From Wallemia ichthyophaga EXF-994 (taxonomy: Eukaryota > Fungi > Basidiomycota), in the NCBI RefSeq assembly GCF_000400465.1, contig NW_008806291.1, positions 1 to 32,000 on the forward strand: a DNA stretch of 32,000 nucleotides, written 5' to 3'. Made by a program: the position numbers and the translations under genes. The notes under the pieces are model-generated. The model saw nothing but the letters and a program-made list of their open reading frames with translations. It ran no database searches and was not told the DNA's origin. Position 1 is the stretch's first letter; every line of letters begins with the position of its first letter. This document shows, piece by piece, positions 21,631 to 32,000 of the stretch.

Positions 21631-23375
21631 ATGGCATCAATCAAACAAGCAACCGTTGCACAGCTCCGTGGTATGGCTCCTGCGTCCGTCATTCACGGCG
21701 GCGTCGACAGCGTCCAGCGTGCACTTGCGCAGCTCAAGTGGGTTGCAAGGAGTGTAGAGAGAAAATATACTCAATCTCACGCGCAAACAGCTCAAAGGAC
21801 ACGCCTATCGAGAAGTACATATATCTTTCGCAGCTCAGAGGCACTGCCAAGGATACTTTCTACCGGTAAGCCACCCCCACATCGCAAACAAACACAACTC
21901 ATAAATTAAAAACCCACATTAGCTTGCTGATTGATAACATAATCGATATTTGTCCATATGTTTATACCCCAACCGTAGGAGCAGCTTGTCAACTCTACTC
22001 AACTATATACCGCAAGCCAGACGCTCTCTACCTCAGCTACAACGATCGCGGAAACCTCGCTGAGATCATGTCTAACTGGCCACAGCACGGCATTCGAATC
22101 GCTGTTGTGAGCGACGGCAGTCGCATTCTCGGCCTTGGCGATCTCGGCATTGGTGGCTGCCAGATCGCCGTCGGCAAGCTTACCCTTTATGTCGGTGGTG
22201 CTGGTATCAAACCAGACAGCACTCTCCCCATCATTCTTGACATGGGTACTAACAATGAAACTCTCCTCAACGACCCCCTCTATCTCGGTCTCAGGATGAA
22301 GAGAGTTTATGACGACGCCTTTCTCGATGAATTTTACGCTGCCGTCAGAACTACCTTCCCAGATTGCCTCATTCAGTTTGAGGACTTTTCTTCAGAGTCT
22401 GCCTTCAAGTACTTGGACAGGTACAGGCACAAGGAGTCGCTCATTCAAGCTCCTTCTGCGCCATCTGGCCAGCTGCACACAGGAAAGTGCTTCAACGATG
22501 ACATCCAGGGTACCGGTGCTGTGATCCTTGCCGGCTTCATCAACGCCGTCAAGCTCGCTTCCGCGGCGTCTGGCCGACCAATCCTCGACCAACGCATTGT
22601 TTTCCTCGGTGCAGGCAGTGCTGGTGTGGGTGTCGCGATGCAGCTTGTTGAGTTTTTCACCAGGAATGGATTTACAGAGGAAGAAGCCAAGCAGAAGTTC
22701 TACTTAGTTGACAGCAAGGGGTTAGTGACTGACGACCGCGGCGACAACCTCCCAGCACACAAGCGTGCACTCTCCCGCAAAGCTGGTGGACCGCAATTCA
22801 AGACGCTAGAAGAGGTAGTCGAGCATGTTCGTCCGAGTGCCCTCATCGGTTTGTCGACAGTCGGCGGAGCATTTAGTGAGAAGATAGTGCGTATGATGGG
22901 TTCGTTCAAGGCTCGTCCAATCATTTTCCCTCTCTCGAACCCATCCCATCTGTCCGAGTGCACGTTTGAAGATGCGATCAAGTGGACGAACGGTAGAGTG
23001 ATTTTTGCCAGTGGCTCCCCATTCAAGGCCGTCGAACACGGTGGTAGTACGTATGAGAGCAACCAGGGTAATAACTTCCTCAGCTTCCCTGGTATCGGAT
23101 TGGGTTGTATCGTCGCTAAAGCTAACGAGGTGAACGATGATATGGTCTACGAATCGGCTCTCGCTCTCGCTGATTCTCTCGATGATAGTGAGATAAACAC
23201 CCTCCTCTATCCACGTCTTCATCGTATTAGAGATATCTCAGCTACTATAGCGGCAAGAGTCGCCAAGGCGGCCGTTAGGACTGGCGCAGCGGAGAATAGC
23301 AAGCTAGGCGGGATGGCTGATACAGACCTTCTCGCTTATATCAAATCTAAGCAGTATGATCCAACACCATGTTAG
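21631..23375 (+). CDS. Malic enzyme (malate dehydrogenase, decarboxylating), likely cytosolic and NADP-preferring; 3 exons
   Basis: VYTPTVG (catalytic Tyr), SDGSRILGLGDLG, AVGKL, QFEDF, FNDDIQGTG, GAGSAG, VDSKGL, IFPLSNP and NQGNN. Introns 21738-21790 and one ending at 21922. Confidence 0.95.
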
Positions 23376-23571
23376 TTTGGTTTTTTTCACTTTTTGTATC
23401 AGCTTTGTTTCACTCTATTCACATGTTTCACATTTTTCACCCCTATCACTCTCATAACTCTGATATAAAGACATTTATATGCGTAATTGACAATGTAATT
23501 GGATTGCAACGATTGTTGTTGTGGTTGATGGCGTTTAATAATAAATAGCATGAAAACCTTTACTACCTCCA

Positions 23572-25188
23572 CTACCTCATGGACAGAGTACTCTGAGAGC
23601 GCAGCTTGGTTGGGTTCTTGGGGATGGACGACGAGCTTGACTGTCCTCTGTAGTGTCTGATAGTGGGAGGGGGAGGGGGGCCGACGTTATCTCTCGACGG
23701 ACTCAGCAGGCTGTCTCTGGAGGGTGGTCTGAGGGTATGAGTGGATTGTGAGTGGTGTGAGTGGTTTGCGTAGCTTGCCGGGCTCGTAGCACCCATCCGC
23801 AAGCTATCCCTAGAAGGAGTCTTGCGTGGCCTGTCGCTGTATCTCATCTGCGCCCTAGCGTGTGCCTGCTGTATCTGCAGATGATTCGCAGTAGCTGATT
23901 TGCGACTGTCCGCACTGGACGGGGACGGCGACACACCCCCGTAATCCGATTTGGCCTTGTTCTTGCCGTGGCTAGGAGCGCTCTTCATGCTCTTCATACC
24001 TCCGCCAATATCACCCCCACCACCGCTCAGATAGTAGTCCTCGTCATGCACACTGTACCCACCAGCTTCAGACCCACCCGCCTGGGAATGCTCCTCGTCC
24101 CACTGCTGTCCAGCGAGGAATGCGGCGTGTTGGGCGACATAAGCCTGGAAAGACTGGCGCGCATTCATCATGGCTTGAAAGTGCATCTGGGCTGCTTGCG
24201 CGGCGTGTTGGTTGAGGTCACCGCTCGTGCTGCTCTGTGCGGAGGGCGGGGGCGTGGGGATTGCCATGTTCATGTTGGGCGGTGGGATCGGTGCTTGTCC
24301 TGTCTGGCCCATCGGCGGAAAGGGGAAGGACGCGGGGGGTATCTGAGACATTTGCATGGGTGATGCACTTGGCATAAACGGATTGAATAGCGATCCACCT
24401 GGTGCGCTGTGCATTGACACAGAGGGTGAAGGCGGTGGTGGTGGCCGTAGACCGTTTGATGGCGTCTGCCGCGATTGGGGAGAGTAGCTCGCATGTGACT
24501 GTCGTTGGTAGTTGGGCGAGAGGGAGGCGGGTGAAAGGGTGCTAGAGAGTGTGGAAGTGTGTTTACGGCTCGGCGGCGGCGGCTTGCGGTAGCTGAGCTG
24601 GTGTGAGCTGCCCTGGAGCTTGAGTGAGGGTGTTGATTTGTTCGGCTTGCTCGCTATCGACGTCGCTAAACTGACCTGCGACTTGGAACGCAGCTGCGAT
24701 AGCGGCAGCGTGTCGTCGCTGTCGTCGCTCGTATCGTCAGGAATCGTTGTAGCGGCGTGGCGGATAGTGGAACGCGACTGTCTGATGCGGTCGCGGAAGT
24801 TTGTCATGTCGCCACGGTCATCGTCGTCATCGTCTTCATCGGATGTGTGCCAGGCTGAGAGGTTTTGCTGCTTCGGCGGTGGTTTCCTGTGCGTTTTGAA
24901 GGCTGGGACTGGGGCTGGTGATTGGCGGCTTGGCTGGAAATGTGACGTTGTTTGCGTCGGCGTCTGCCTGCCTAGCAATTCGCTACTCGAACGGCGCTTG
25001 AAATCCTTGACAGACATTTTGGGCGACGAGGAGGAATCAGTGAGCGTGGGCTGTCCAATGGGGTGCTCTTTGAAGCTCTCGACGCTATTGTTGTTGCTGG
25101 GCTGCGACTGCCTCGGTTTCCTTGCGTCCTTCGCGCTTGCGTCTCTCTTGAACAACTTCCTCAATCCGTCTTTAAGTGCAATCCTCAT
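23572..25188 (-). CDS. Hypothetical Ser/Pro-rich, largely disordered protein (~538 aa)
   Basis: Long uninterrupted ORF with low-complexity composition, DDTLPLSQL and a helical AQMHFQAMMNARQSFQAYVAQHAAFLAGQQWDEE block. Start at ATG 25188 or 25245. Confidence 0.75.
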   Translation of the reverse strand: MRIALKDGLRKLFKRDASAKDARKPRQSQPSNNNSVESFKEHPIGQPTLTDSSSSPKMSVKDFKRRSSSELLGRQTPTQTTSHFQPSRQSPAPVPAFKTHRKPPPKQQNLSAWHTSDEDDDDDDRGDMTNFRDRIRQSRSTIRHAATTIPDDTSDDSDDTLPLSQLRSKSQVSLATSIASKPNKSTPSLKLQGSSHQLSYRKPPPPSRKHTSTLSSTLSPASLSPNYQRQSHASYSPQSRQTPSNGLRPPPPPSPSVSMHSAPGGSLFNPFMPSASPMQMSQIPPASFPFPPMGQTGQAPIPPPNMNMAIPTPPPSAQSSTSGDLNQHAAQAAQMHFQAMMNARQSFQAYVAQHAAFLAGQQWDEEHSQAGGSEAGGYSVHDEDYYLSGGGGDIGGGMKSMKSAPSHGKNKAKSDYGGVSPSPSSADSRKSATANHLQIQQAHARAQMRYSDRPRKTPSRDSLRMGATSPASYANHSHHSQSTHTLRPPSRDSLLSPSRDNVGPPPPPTIRHYRGQSSSSSIPKNPTKLRSQSTLSMR

Positions 25189-25237
25189 GGATGTCGTGCA
25201 TGAAGGGGTCAATATTAAATTTATTATCAATTTACAG

Positions 25238-27453
25238 TTATTCATCTGCCAAATCCTCTCTGAAAACCTTTAATTAGTTTATTTATACGTTTTTTACTTT
25301 TCCACTCACGCAAAATGCAAGTCGCTGTGTTGGCCTTTATCTGTAGACTTGACGGGGATTTTGCATTTCGGACACACATCTGTATCATTCTCCTCTTCGC
25401 TACTTGATATTGTTATAGTTTCTGTCGTCATCTCCTTTCCCTGCTTCTTTGTTGTTGCACTAGCACTAGCATTGGCACTGGCACTGGCGCTCGCAAGAAA
25501 CGCAGTCAGTCCCGTCTTCGGTTGGTCTTTCTTCTTCTTCTTCTGCGACGGCGCTGCTGCCGTGCTATCTGTCCGCTGCCGCTTTGCTTCTTTGTGTTTC
25601 ACCACCTTGTCTCGCCTTTCACCGCTTTCACCGCTATTGCCACTATTGCCGCTATTGCTTCCTAGAAACCCCGCAATGCCTCTCTGTCCCTGTGATATGT
25701 AGTGGCTTAATTAGCATACCACGTTACCTAACATCCACACTAGACTCACAGCTTCCACCGCCGCCAAACCAGAAAATGACAGCGCCAACTTATTCACCTC
25801 ATACCCCAACCTATGTTCATTGGGAATATCTTTCATCTCACTCGCTACAAACTCCCTCAGAAGCTTCTCTGCGTGTTTCTGAATCAACTCTGGTCCAAAT
25901 GCCGCGTTGTATGGGAAAGGTGATTGGTGAGAGCGGGATGGTTGGTAGAGTTGGTTAATAGAGAGAACAATACTCTTGGGCCACATTGTCCGTTTATCTT
26001 GTTCGCCTCTCATTTCTTTCAACCTCTGAGACAACTCGCTTGAGAGGATTTTAAACCAATGGCGGATCTCTCCGACAGTTTTGACGGTTGGGCGGAATGA
26101 CTTGGATGCGAGCATAGATTTGGTCATGACGCGTTGCGTAACCTGATCTGAATTAACACCGCGAATAGTGTTGTAAATCCAAATACTCTCTTCGCCGAAA
26201 TGTCGCTGCATCTCACTGAGTGGCACAGTAAGAAGGTCTGATACACTAGCTGCATCGTAATGTGCAGCAAGAGTTTCACCGAATTTACCACCGAGGCTGC
26301 GTATTTTCTGGAAACGCATCGGCGCAAGGAAGTTGTTCACGGCGGTTTGACGTAGGATGGTCTGTGCGTCTGGTTTCTTCCATGCTGAACATATCTTGGC
26401 TAGTATTTTGTTGTGCGAGATTCCAGCTGAACATGTGTAGCTCAGCTGCTCGTACATCGCTCGTCGCATCCCGGATACTGCCTCGGCACCGATCTGGAGT
26501 GCGACATCTGACCAGGATGGCTGTGTGTCTGTGTCGGTGTAACAGTGCTCTCGCTTGTCATCGTCCTCCTCCTCCCGCGTACTCACCAAATTACCCAAGC
26601 CAGCGAATGATATGATGGGAGGGTATGGTAGTGCGTCGTCGAGTGTCTTGTCTGGTGGGAGGTGAGCTATGAAGGGATATCTGGATGTAAATTGCGTTAG
26701 AGCGGGTGATTTGATGCTAGAAACACCAACCCACCTCTCTATAATCTTCCCTCGCACCATCTCAGTGAGATCAATGTACTGCTCGTCTATAGATGCCTTC
26801 TCAATCTCCGAGTTTGGGAAGTAGTCATGCATAAATTTGAGCACCTTGGAACCCTCTCTGCGGTAAGGATCGAGTGATACCTGTGTATGTTTGTGAGAAA
26901 AATCAAGTGAGACATAGAGTGAAGATTTTCACTAACTTTATGAGTAGCTTGAGTAGGGGGATCGTCCCAATAACCGGGTTCTTCAACGCCTTCTTTATAG
27001 GTGGCTACATGTACAGGGATTAGATTTGGACATTTCTTCTTGGCCTAGAAAAGTTAGATGACGTCATGTTGTAGATTGAGAGGTACCTCGAAAATATTCT
27101 CATGGCGGGATACACCGGCATTTCTGGCAGGATATGAGATGGCAATGAGGCCATTCCACTGTTGCACCACGATAGGAGCGTCGATAGGGAGGTTTAAGCG
27201 TTTCCGTTCGAACTGAGAGAGGGTGAGGAAGTGAGAGTGAGAGGAAGGAGGAAAGAAACCTGTGCGTAGGCTGAGGAGATTGAGTGAGCAATAGCACTCT
27301 CCTCCAAACAACCCACTCACCTGCATCTAAATCAGCATGGCAAATAACTCGCAGTGGATTTCTGGAAGCTTTGTGTTAAATGGATCCATAAGAAAGGAAA
27401 GAATAACACCTCGCGTCACTTGGGCAATTAGTGAGAATATTTCGATATGACAT
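25238..27453 (-). CDS. RAD30: Y-family DNA polymerase eta (Rad30), multi-exon, C-terminal UBZ finger
   Basis: Spliced N-terminus MSYRNILTNCPSDAR|NPLRVICHADLDA|AYAQ|FE, then IAISYPAR..GV.R, THK|VSLDPYRRE, EKASIDE (catalytic DE), CSAGISHNKILAK and KSMLASKSF. C-terminus CPKC..HSDLHFA|EDLADE* (last intron 25309-25260). Confidence 0.93.
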
Positions 27454-27506
27454 TGATTGCTGTTGAGATACGCGTCTCTTTATTCAAAACGAGAATGGCG
27501 ACGCGT
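27411..27506. promoter_or_regulatory. Cluster of MluI cell-cycle boxes (MCB) around the RAD30/POL1 bidirectional promoter
   Basis: ACGCGT at 27470-27475 (intergenic) and 27501-27506 (POL1 exon 1); TCGCGT (ACGCGA on the minus strand) at 27411-27416. Confidence 0.6.
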
Positions 27507-30500
27507 GATAAATTGAGGGAATTAAGGGAAGCTAGGGAAGGCGGTGGAAGGGCGAAGCAGTTTAAGGTGGATTATGGATTATTTCCGCCTATGTTTAAAC
27601 TTACAATCCCCAGATATCAGATAACGTAGACATTTACGATCAAGTTGACGAGGACGGATATAAATCAGTTTACAATGAAAGAATTAATAAACCAGATTTC
27701 ATTCAAGATGATGATGGCTTGGGTTATTTGGATAATGGTTTAGACGATTATGATTGGTCAACTCAGAACCCAGCCAGCGGCGACGACGACGACGTTAAAC
27801 CAAAGAGAAAGCCCCAGAATAAAAAGGTTAAACAGAAAGAAAGCCTCGGTGCCTTCTTTGCGCGATCTCAAACCACCAATCCTTCCCCTCAAATGTCTTC
27901 TTATCGTAAACAAGTCCCAGAAACTCAAGCTGATGATTTCATGTCCAACTTGTTATCTGGGTTAGATGATTCATCCACCTCAAACACTCTAAACCACCCC
28001 CCACGTCGTCAAGCTATCCCCAAATCTAACTTGTTCGCTAAACACAGATCTCATGATGAGAATCCAGGTTACAGCTCTCAATCAAACAACCCAGTCTCCT
28101 CTTCAGACCCTCCTTACTCTTCTGATCTCGATTTAGCCCCTCCTTCCTCCAATTCCACCCACTTACGCAGAAAATTTGATGAAAACGCTTCCATTTCATC
28201 TTCCCCTACTAAAAAACTACGTAATCATCCCCCTTCCAGTTCTGACAATGACTTTGACCCCTTTGAAGATAACTCGAGCGTGAAAAATGAGGTGAAAATT
28301 GAACCAGATGGTATAAACTCTTTGAATAGCGTTGATGACACTAAAAAACCCTCTATCGACATTCCCAACAACACCGCCCCCAAAGCCTGGCTCTCTGTTC
28401 TTGATAATATCGCTCCCTCTCCTCCACCCTCCCCAAAACCAGATGATCATGTCGACTTTAAAAGGGAAGGTTCCGCTACTGACAGCCCTCTCTACGACGA
28501 TGAAGGCTGTGTGCGCTTTTACTGGCTTGATTACATTGAAGACTTTGGTCGCGTCATTCTCTTCGGTAAGGCCTTTGACCCTGACGCAAACAAATGGCAG
28601 TCAACTTCCGTCTCTATAGAGGGCATCCAGCGCAATCTTTTCGTCACTCCACGACCTTTCAAACTCGACGATGACGGTAATCAGACTGATCAACCTGTCG
28701 AGCAAATGGACGTGCACAACGAAATGCAAGACATACGCAAAGCCAGTAAAATTAAATCTTGGGCTGCTAAGTTCGTAAAACGCAGCTACGCTTTCGAAGA
28801 AAAAGACATCCCCCATCAACAGTCTGACTGGCTCAAGGTTATCTATGGCTTCAACGAGCCTCATCTTCCGCTAGGTCTGTCTGGAAAGACATTTTCGCAT
28901 ATATTCGGCACAAACACCTCTCCATTTGAACTCTTTGTCGTTAAGAGACAGATCATGGGTCCATGCTGGCTCAAGTTGGAGGATGCCTACGTCACACAAA
29001 AGGGTACTACATGGTGCAAACACCAGTTCACTGTCACTGATCCAAAAACTGTCCAGCATTTCACTGAATCTGATGCTGAATCTCCCAAAGAACCCCCACC
29101 ACTCACCATAATGAGTTTGGCGACAAGAACTACTGTCAACCACACCGCCAATTGCAGAGAACTCGTCGCTGCTACGGCAAGAGTGTGGTCTGATATCAAT
29201 ATTGAAGATCCTACTCCACCTGAACAGCAGCCATCATCCTCCATCACTCTCGTACGTCCCATTGTCATGTATCCACCAGGTTTCGAGATGAAGGCTCGTC
29301 AGCAGAAACCAAAAATTGAGCCGATGCGTAACGAGAAGGCGGTGTTGAGCAATGTGCTCGCTTCTGTGCAGCGACATGACCCTGATGTCCTCGTCGGACA
29401 TGATTTAATGGAAGATAGTCTTGAGACGCTCTTGAACAGAATGCACGAAATGAAAATACCTAATTGGTCCAAAATGGGTAGAGTCAGGAGAGATAAATGG
29501 CCAAGAGCCAAGTTTGGACGCAACAAACTCATCACGAGTGGAAGATTGATCTGTGATTTGAGTTCAGATGCAGGAAAGGTGGGTTGAGTATGTATAAGTG
29601 GATTTTATCTCATTGCGCACCTATTGCACACTTTATAGGGCATGATCTCTTCGACTACTTGGTCCATGACTGAAATGGTTGGCACTCACCTGGGTACTCA
29701 GCGCGAGGATATCGACCCTGACGACACTTCCGCCTACCTTGATCGCTTCTCTCCTTCACCAGACCGCATGATACATTTCGTCAAACACTGCGAAGTCGAC
29801 GCCGTCTTCAATATGGCTCTCGCTGCTAAGGTCCAGATACTCCCTCTCACCCGCCAGCTCACCAATCTCGCCGGTAATAGCTGGGGCAGGACTCTTACTG
29901 GAGGTAGAGCCGAGCGTAACGAATTCATTCTCCTTCACGAGTTCCACAGACAAAAGACCATTTGTCCAGACAAACTCAGCAAGTTCGATAAGAAAGCTGC
30001 GCAGTTGGAAGCCGCTGCTGAGAATGGCGAAGACGAAGCACCTTCTAAAAAGAAAGGAGGTCGCAAGGATAAATTCAAGGGTGGTCTTGTTTTCGAACCT
30101 AAAAAGGGGCTGTGGGATAAGTATATCCTCGTGATGGATTTCAACTCGCTTTATCCATCTATTATACAGGAATACAACATCGACTTCACCACAGTGGAGC
30201 GCCCGGAAGATGATGGAGAAGACGAGGAGAAGATTCCAGAGGTTCCTCCACCGGGATCTGGTCAGGGTGTATTGCCGAAACTGATTGCAACGCTTGTCAA
30301 CCGTCGTAAACAAGTGAAGGGGTTGATGAAGGATAAGAATGCGACGACAGCCAAGTTGATGCAACTTGATATACGTCAGATGGCCCTCAAGCTCACGGCT
30401 AATTCTATGTATGGTTGTTTAGGTTTTGAAGGGTCCCGGTTCTATGCACGCCCTCTCGCCGCGCTGACAACTTTCAAGGGTCGTGAGATCCTCACACACA

Positions 30501-32000
30501 CGCGCGAGCTGGCTGAATCGATGCAGCTGGATGTGGGTATTGATTTTGGTTGGTGGATGTTGCTCACGATCTGCTAGGTCGTCTATGGTGACACGGACTC
30601 CGTCTTTATCAATTCGAACGCATACACGTACGATGATGCGCTCAAGGTGGCGAGCGAGTTCAAGAAGTACGTTAATGAGCGGTACAAGTTGCTCGAGATA
30701 GATCTCGATGGTGTTTTTAAACGGTTGTTGCTTCTGCAGAAGAAGAAGTACGCGGCAATCAAGATGGCAGATGGCGTCGAAACAACTGAGGTGAAGGGCT
30801 TGGATATGAAGCGTAGGGAGTACTCGCAGCTTTCAAAAAACACTTCGCAGTACGTCCTCGACCAGATACTCAGTGGGGAGTCTACGGAGGTTGTAGTGGA
30901 GCAAATACACGAGTACTTGGGTGTGGTGAGCGAGAGCATCCGTAGCGGCAAGGTGCCACTGGAGGAGTATATCATCAACAAGCGCTTAGGTAAGGACCCA
31001 GAGGCTTACCCCGACTCTAAGTCTCAGCCACATGTCCTCCTCGCTCTCCGCATCAAGAAACGCGGTGGTGCCGTGCGCAGTGGTGACGTCGTCAGCTACA
31101 TCTTCTGTCAGTCTCCAGATGGCTCCTCCAGCAAGACGGGCAAGGCGGAGAATGCTCACAGTATAGATGAAATCAGACGCGATGGAATGTCAGTGGATTA
31201 TGAATACTACCTCACTTCTCAAGTCCTACCACCTATCGAGCGTCTGTGCGATAATATCGAGGGCACAGACCGTGCGCGACTAGCGGAGTGTTTGGGTGGG
31301 TGGTGCGCATTATTTTATGGTCTATTAACAAACCAAACCTTATAGGACTCGACCCTGCTCGTTTCCAGACGCAAACGATGGGTGCAAGCAACGACAAGGA
31401 ATTCCACACCCTCGAATCGCAGATGTCCGATAAGGAGAGGTTCAGACATGCTGAGCGACTCGTGCTACGCTGCGTGGGTTGTGACGAGCAGAATGAGTTC
31501 GGCAGTCTCCTTGATGATGTGGGTTGAGTGTGTTGTTGTCTATACTAGCTTACATGACCTGCGCAGACTAAACACATGCAGACGCGCGGTATCGTCTGTC
31601 AAAATTGCAAGGGTGTGCTGCCTCTTGGAAGCGTCGCCACTCAGCTCGAGATAAAGCTTAGGCAGTGCATTGCGCGCTATTACGAAGCTACCCTGGTTTG
31701 TAATGATCAGGCTTGTGGTAATACCACTCGCATGATGGGCGTTTATGGTAAGCGGTGCCTTGCGCCTAATTGCCTCGGAAGTATGTCGTATGCGTATGAC
31801 GACCAGATGCTTTACAATCAACTTTTATACTTTGCGAGATTGTTCGACGCGGATAGGATCATGACGCAGGCTAAGACGGGTGGTAATTATGGTGCGTTTT
31901 CTAGATAGTGCAGTTAGCACATACACACACAATCACACTAACCCTTGTACAGATGAAATTCACCTCCTCTGCGAAAAAAATAAACCCACCTTCTTTACCC
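27495..32000 (+). CDS. POL1: DNA polymerase alpha catalytic subunit (B family), multi-exon, 3' end outside the window
   Basis: N-terminal DFIQDDDGLGYLDNG, FYWLDY..GRVILFGK, RQIMGPCWL, DPDVLVGH, LTRQLTNLAGNSW..TL.GGRAERNEFILLHEF, MDFNSLYPSII, KLTANSMYGCLG and YGDTDS, plus C-terminal Cys4 zinc motifs. The last visible exon continues to 32000. Confidence 0.98.

Noticed and set aside
25455-25670. Short tandem repeats (GCACTA/GCACTG; 9-bp ACCGCTTTC/GCCGCTATT)
   Set aside because: Coding low-complexity linker of Pol eta (ASAS, GNS/GES repeats); not a spacer-repeat array or mobile element.
23572-27453. Eso1-type Pol eta-Eco1 acetyltransferase fusion
   Set aside because: No Eco1 zinc finger or GNAT motifs are visible downstream. 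The adjacent ORF is low-complexity.
29756-30364. 202-aa antisense ORF inside POL1, plus similar shadow ORFs at 24620-25273, 16861-17379, 18841-19365 and 11720-12196
   Set aside because: They overlap well-supported genes and lack recognisable motifs. 18841-19365 is partly ERG11 exon 1 read through introns.
1-32000. CRISPR arrays, rRNA, intact transposons or a secondary-metabolite cluster
   Set aside because: This is eukaryotic housekeeping DNA. No repeat-spacer array, rRNA signature, transposase or RT ORF, or PKS/NRPS was seen.

Overview
Gene-dense eukaryotic DNA from a very compact fungal genome. Introns are mostly 42-62 nt GT-AG, many intergenic gaps are under 150 bp, and the proteins are basidiomycete-type. 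This is consistent with a Wallemia-like organism (inference, not verified). The first ~5.3 kb is AT-richer and has no intact gene; it holds a decayed GCN1 fragment and other possible relics. The remaining ~26.7 kb carries 14 protein genes: two head-to-head Zn2Cys6 transcription factors, two paralogous CE4 chitin/polysaccharide deacetylases, a PAM2/CCCH/Smr protein, BFR2, an Ifh1/Crf1-like acidic protein, complex I TYKY (NDUFS8), an unannotated 3-exon gene with an internally duplicated motif, CYP51/ERG11, a malic enzyme, a Ser/Pro-rich hypothetical protein, DNA polymerase eta and DNA polymerase alpha (runs off the window end). The strongest unusual signal is that Pol eta and Pol alpha are divergent with only 41 bp between inferred start codons and clustered MCB (ACGCGT) boxes. 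All exon structures were assembled by eye and need RNA-seq confirmation.
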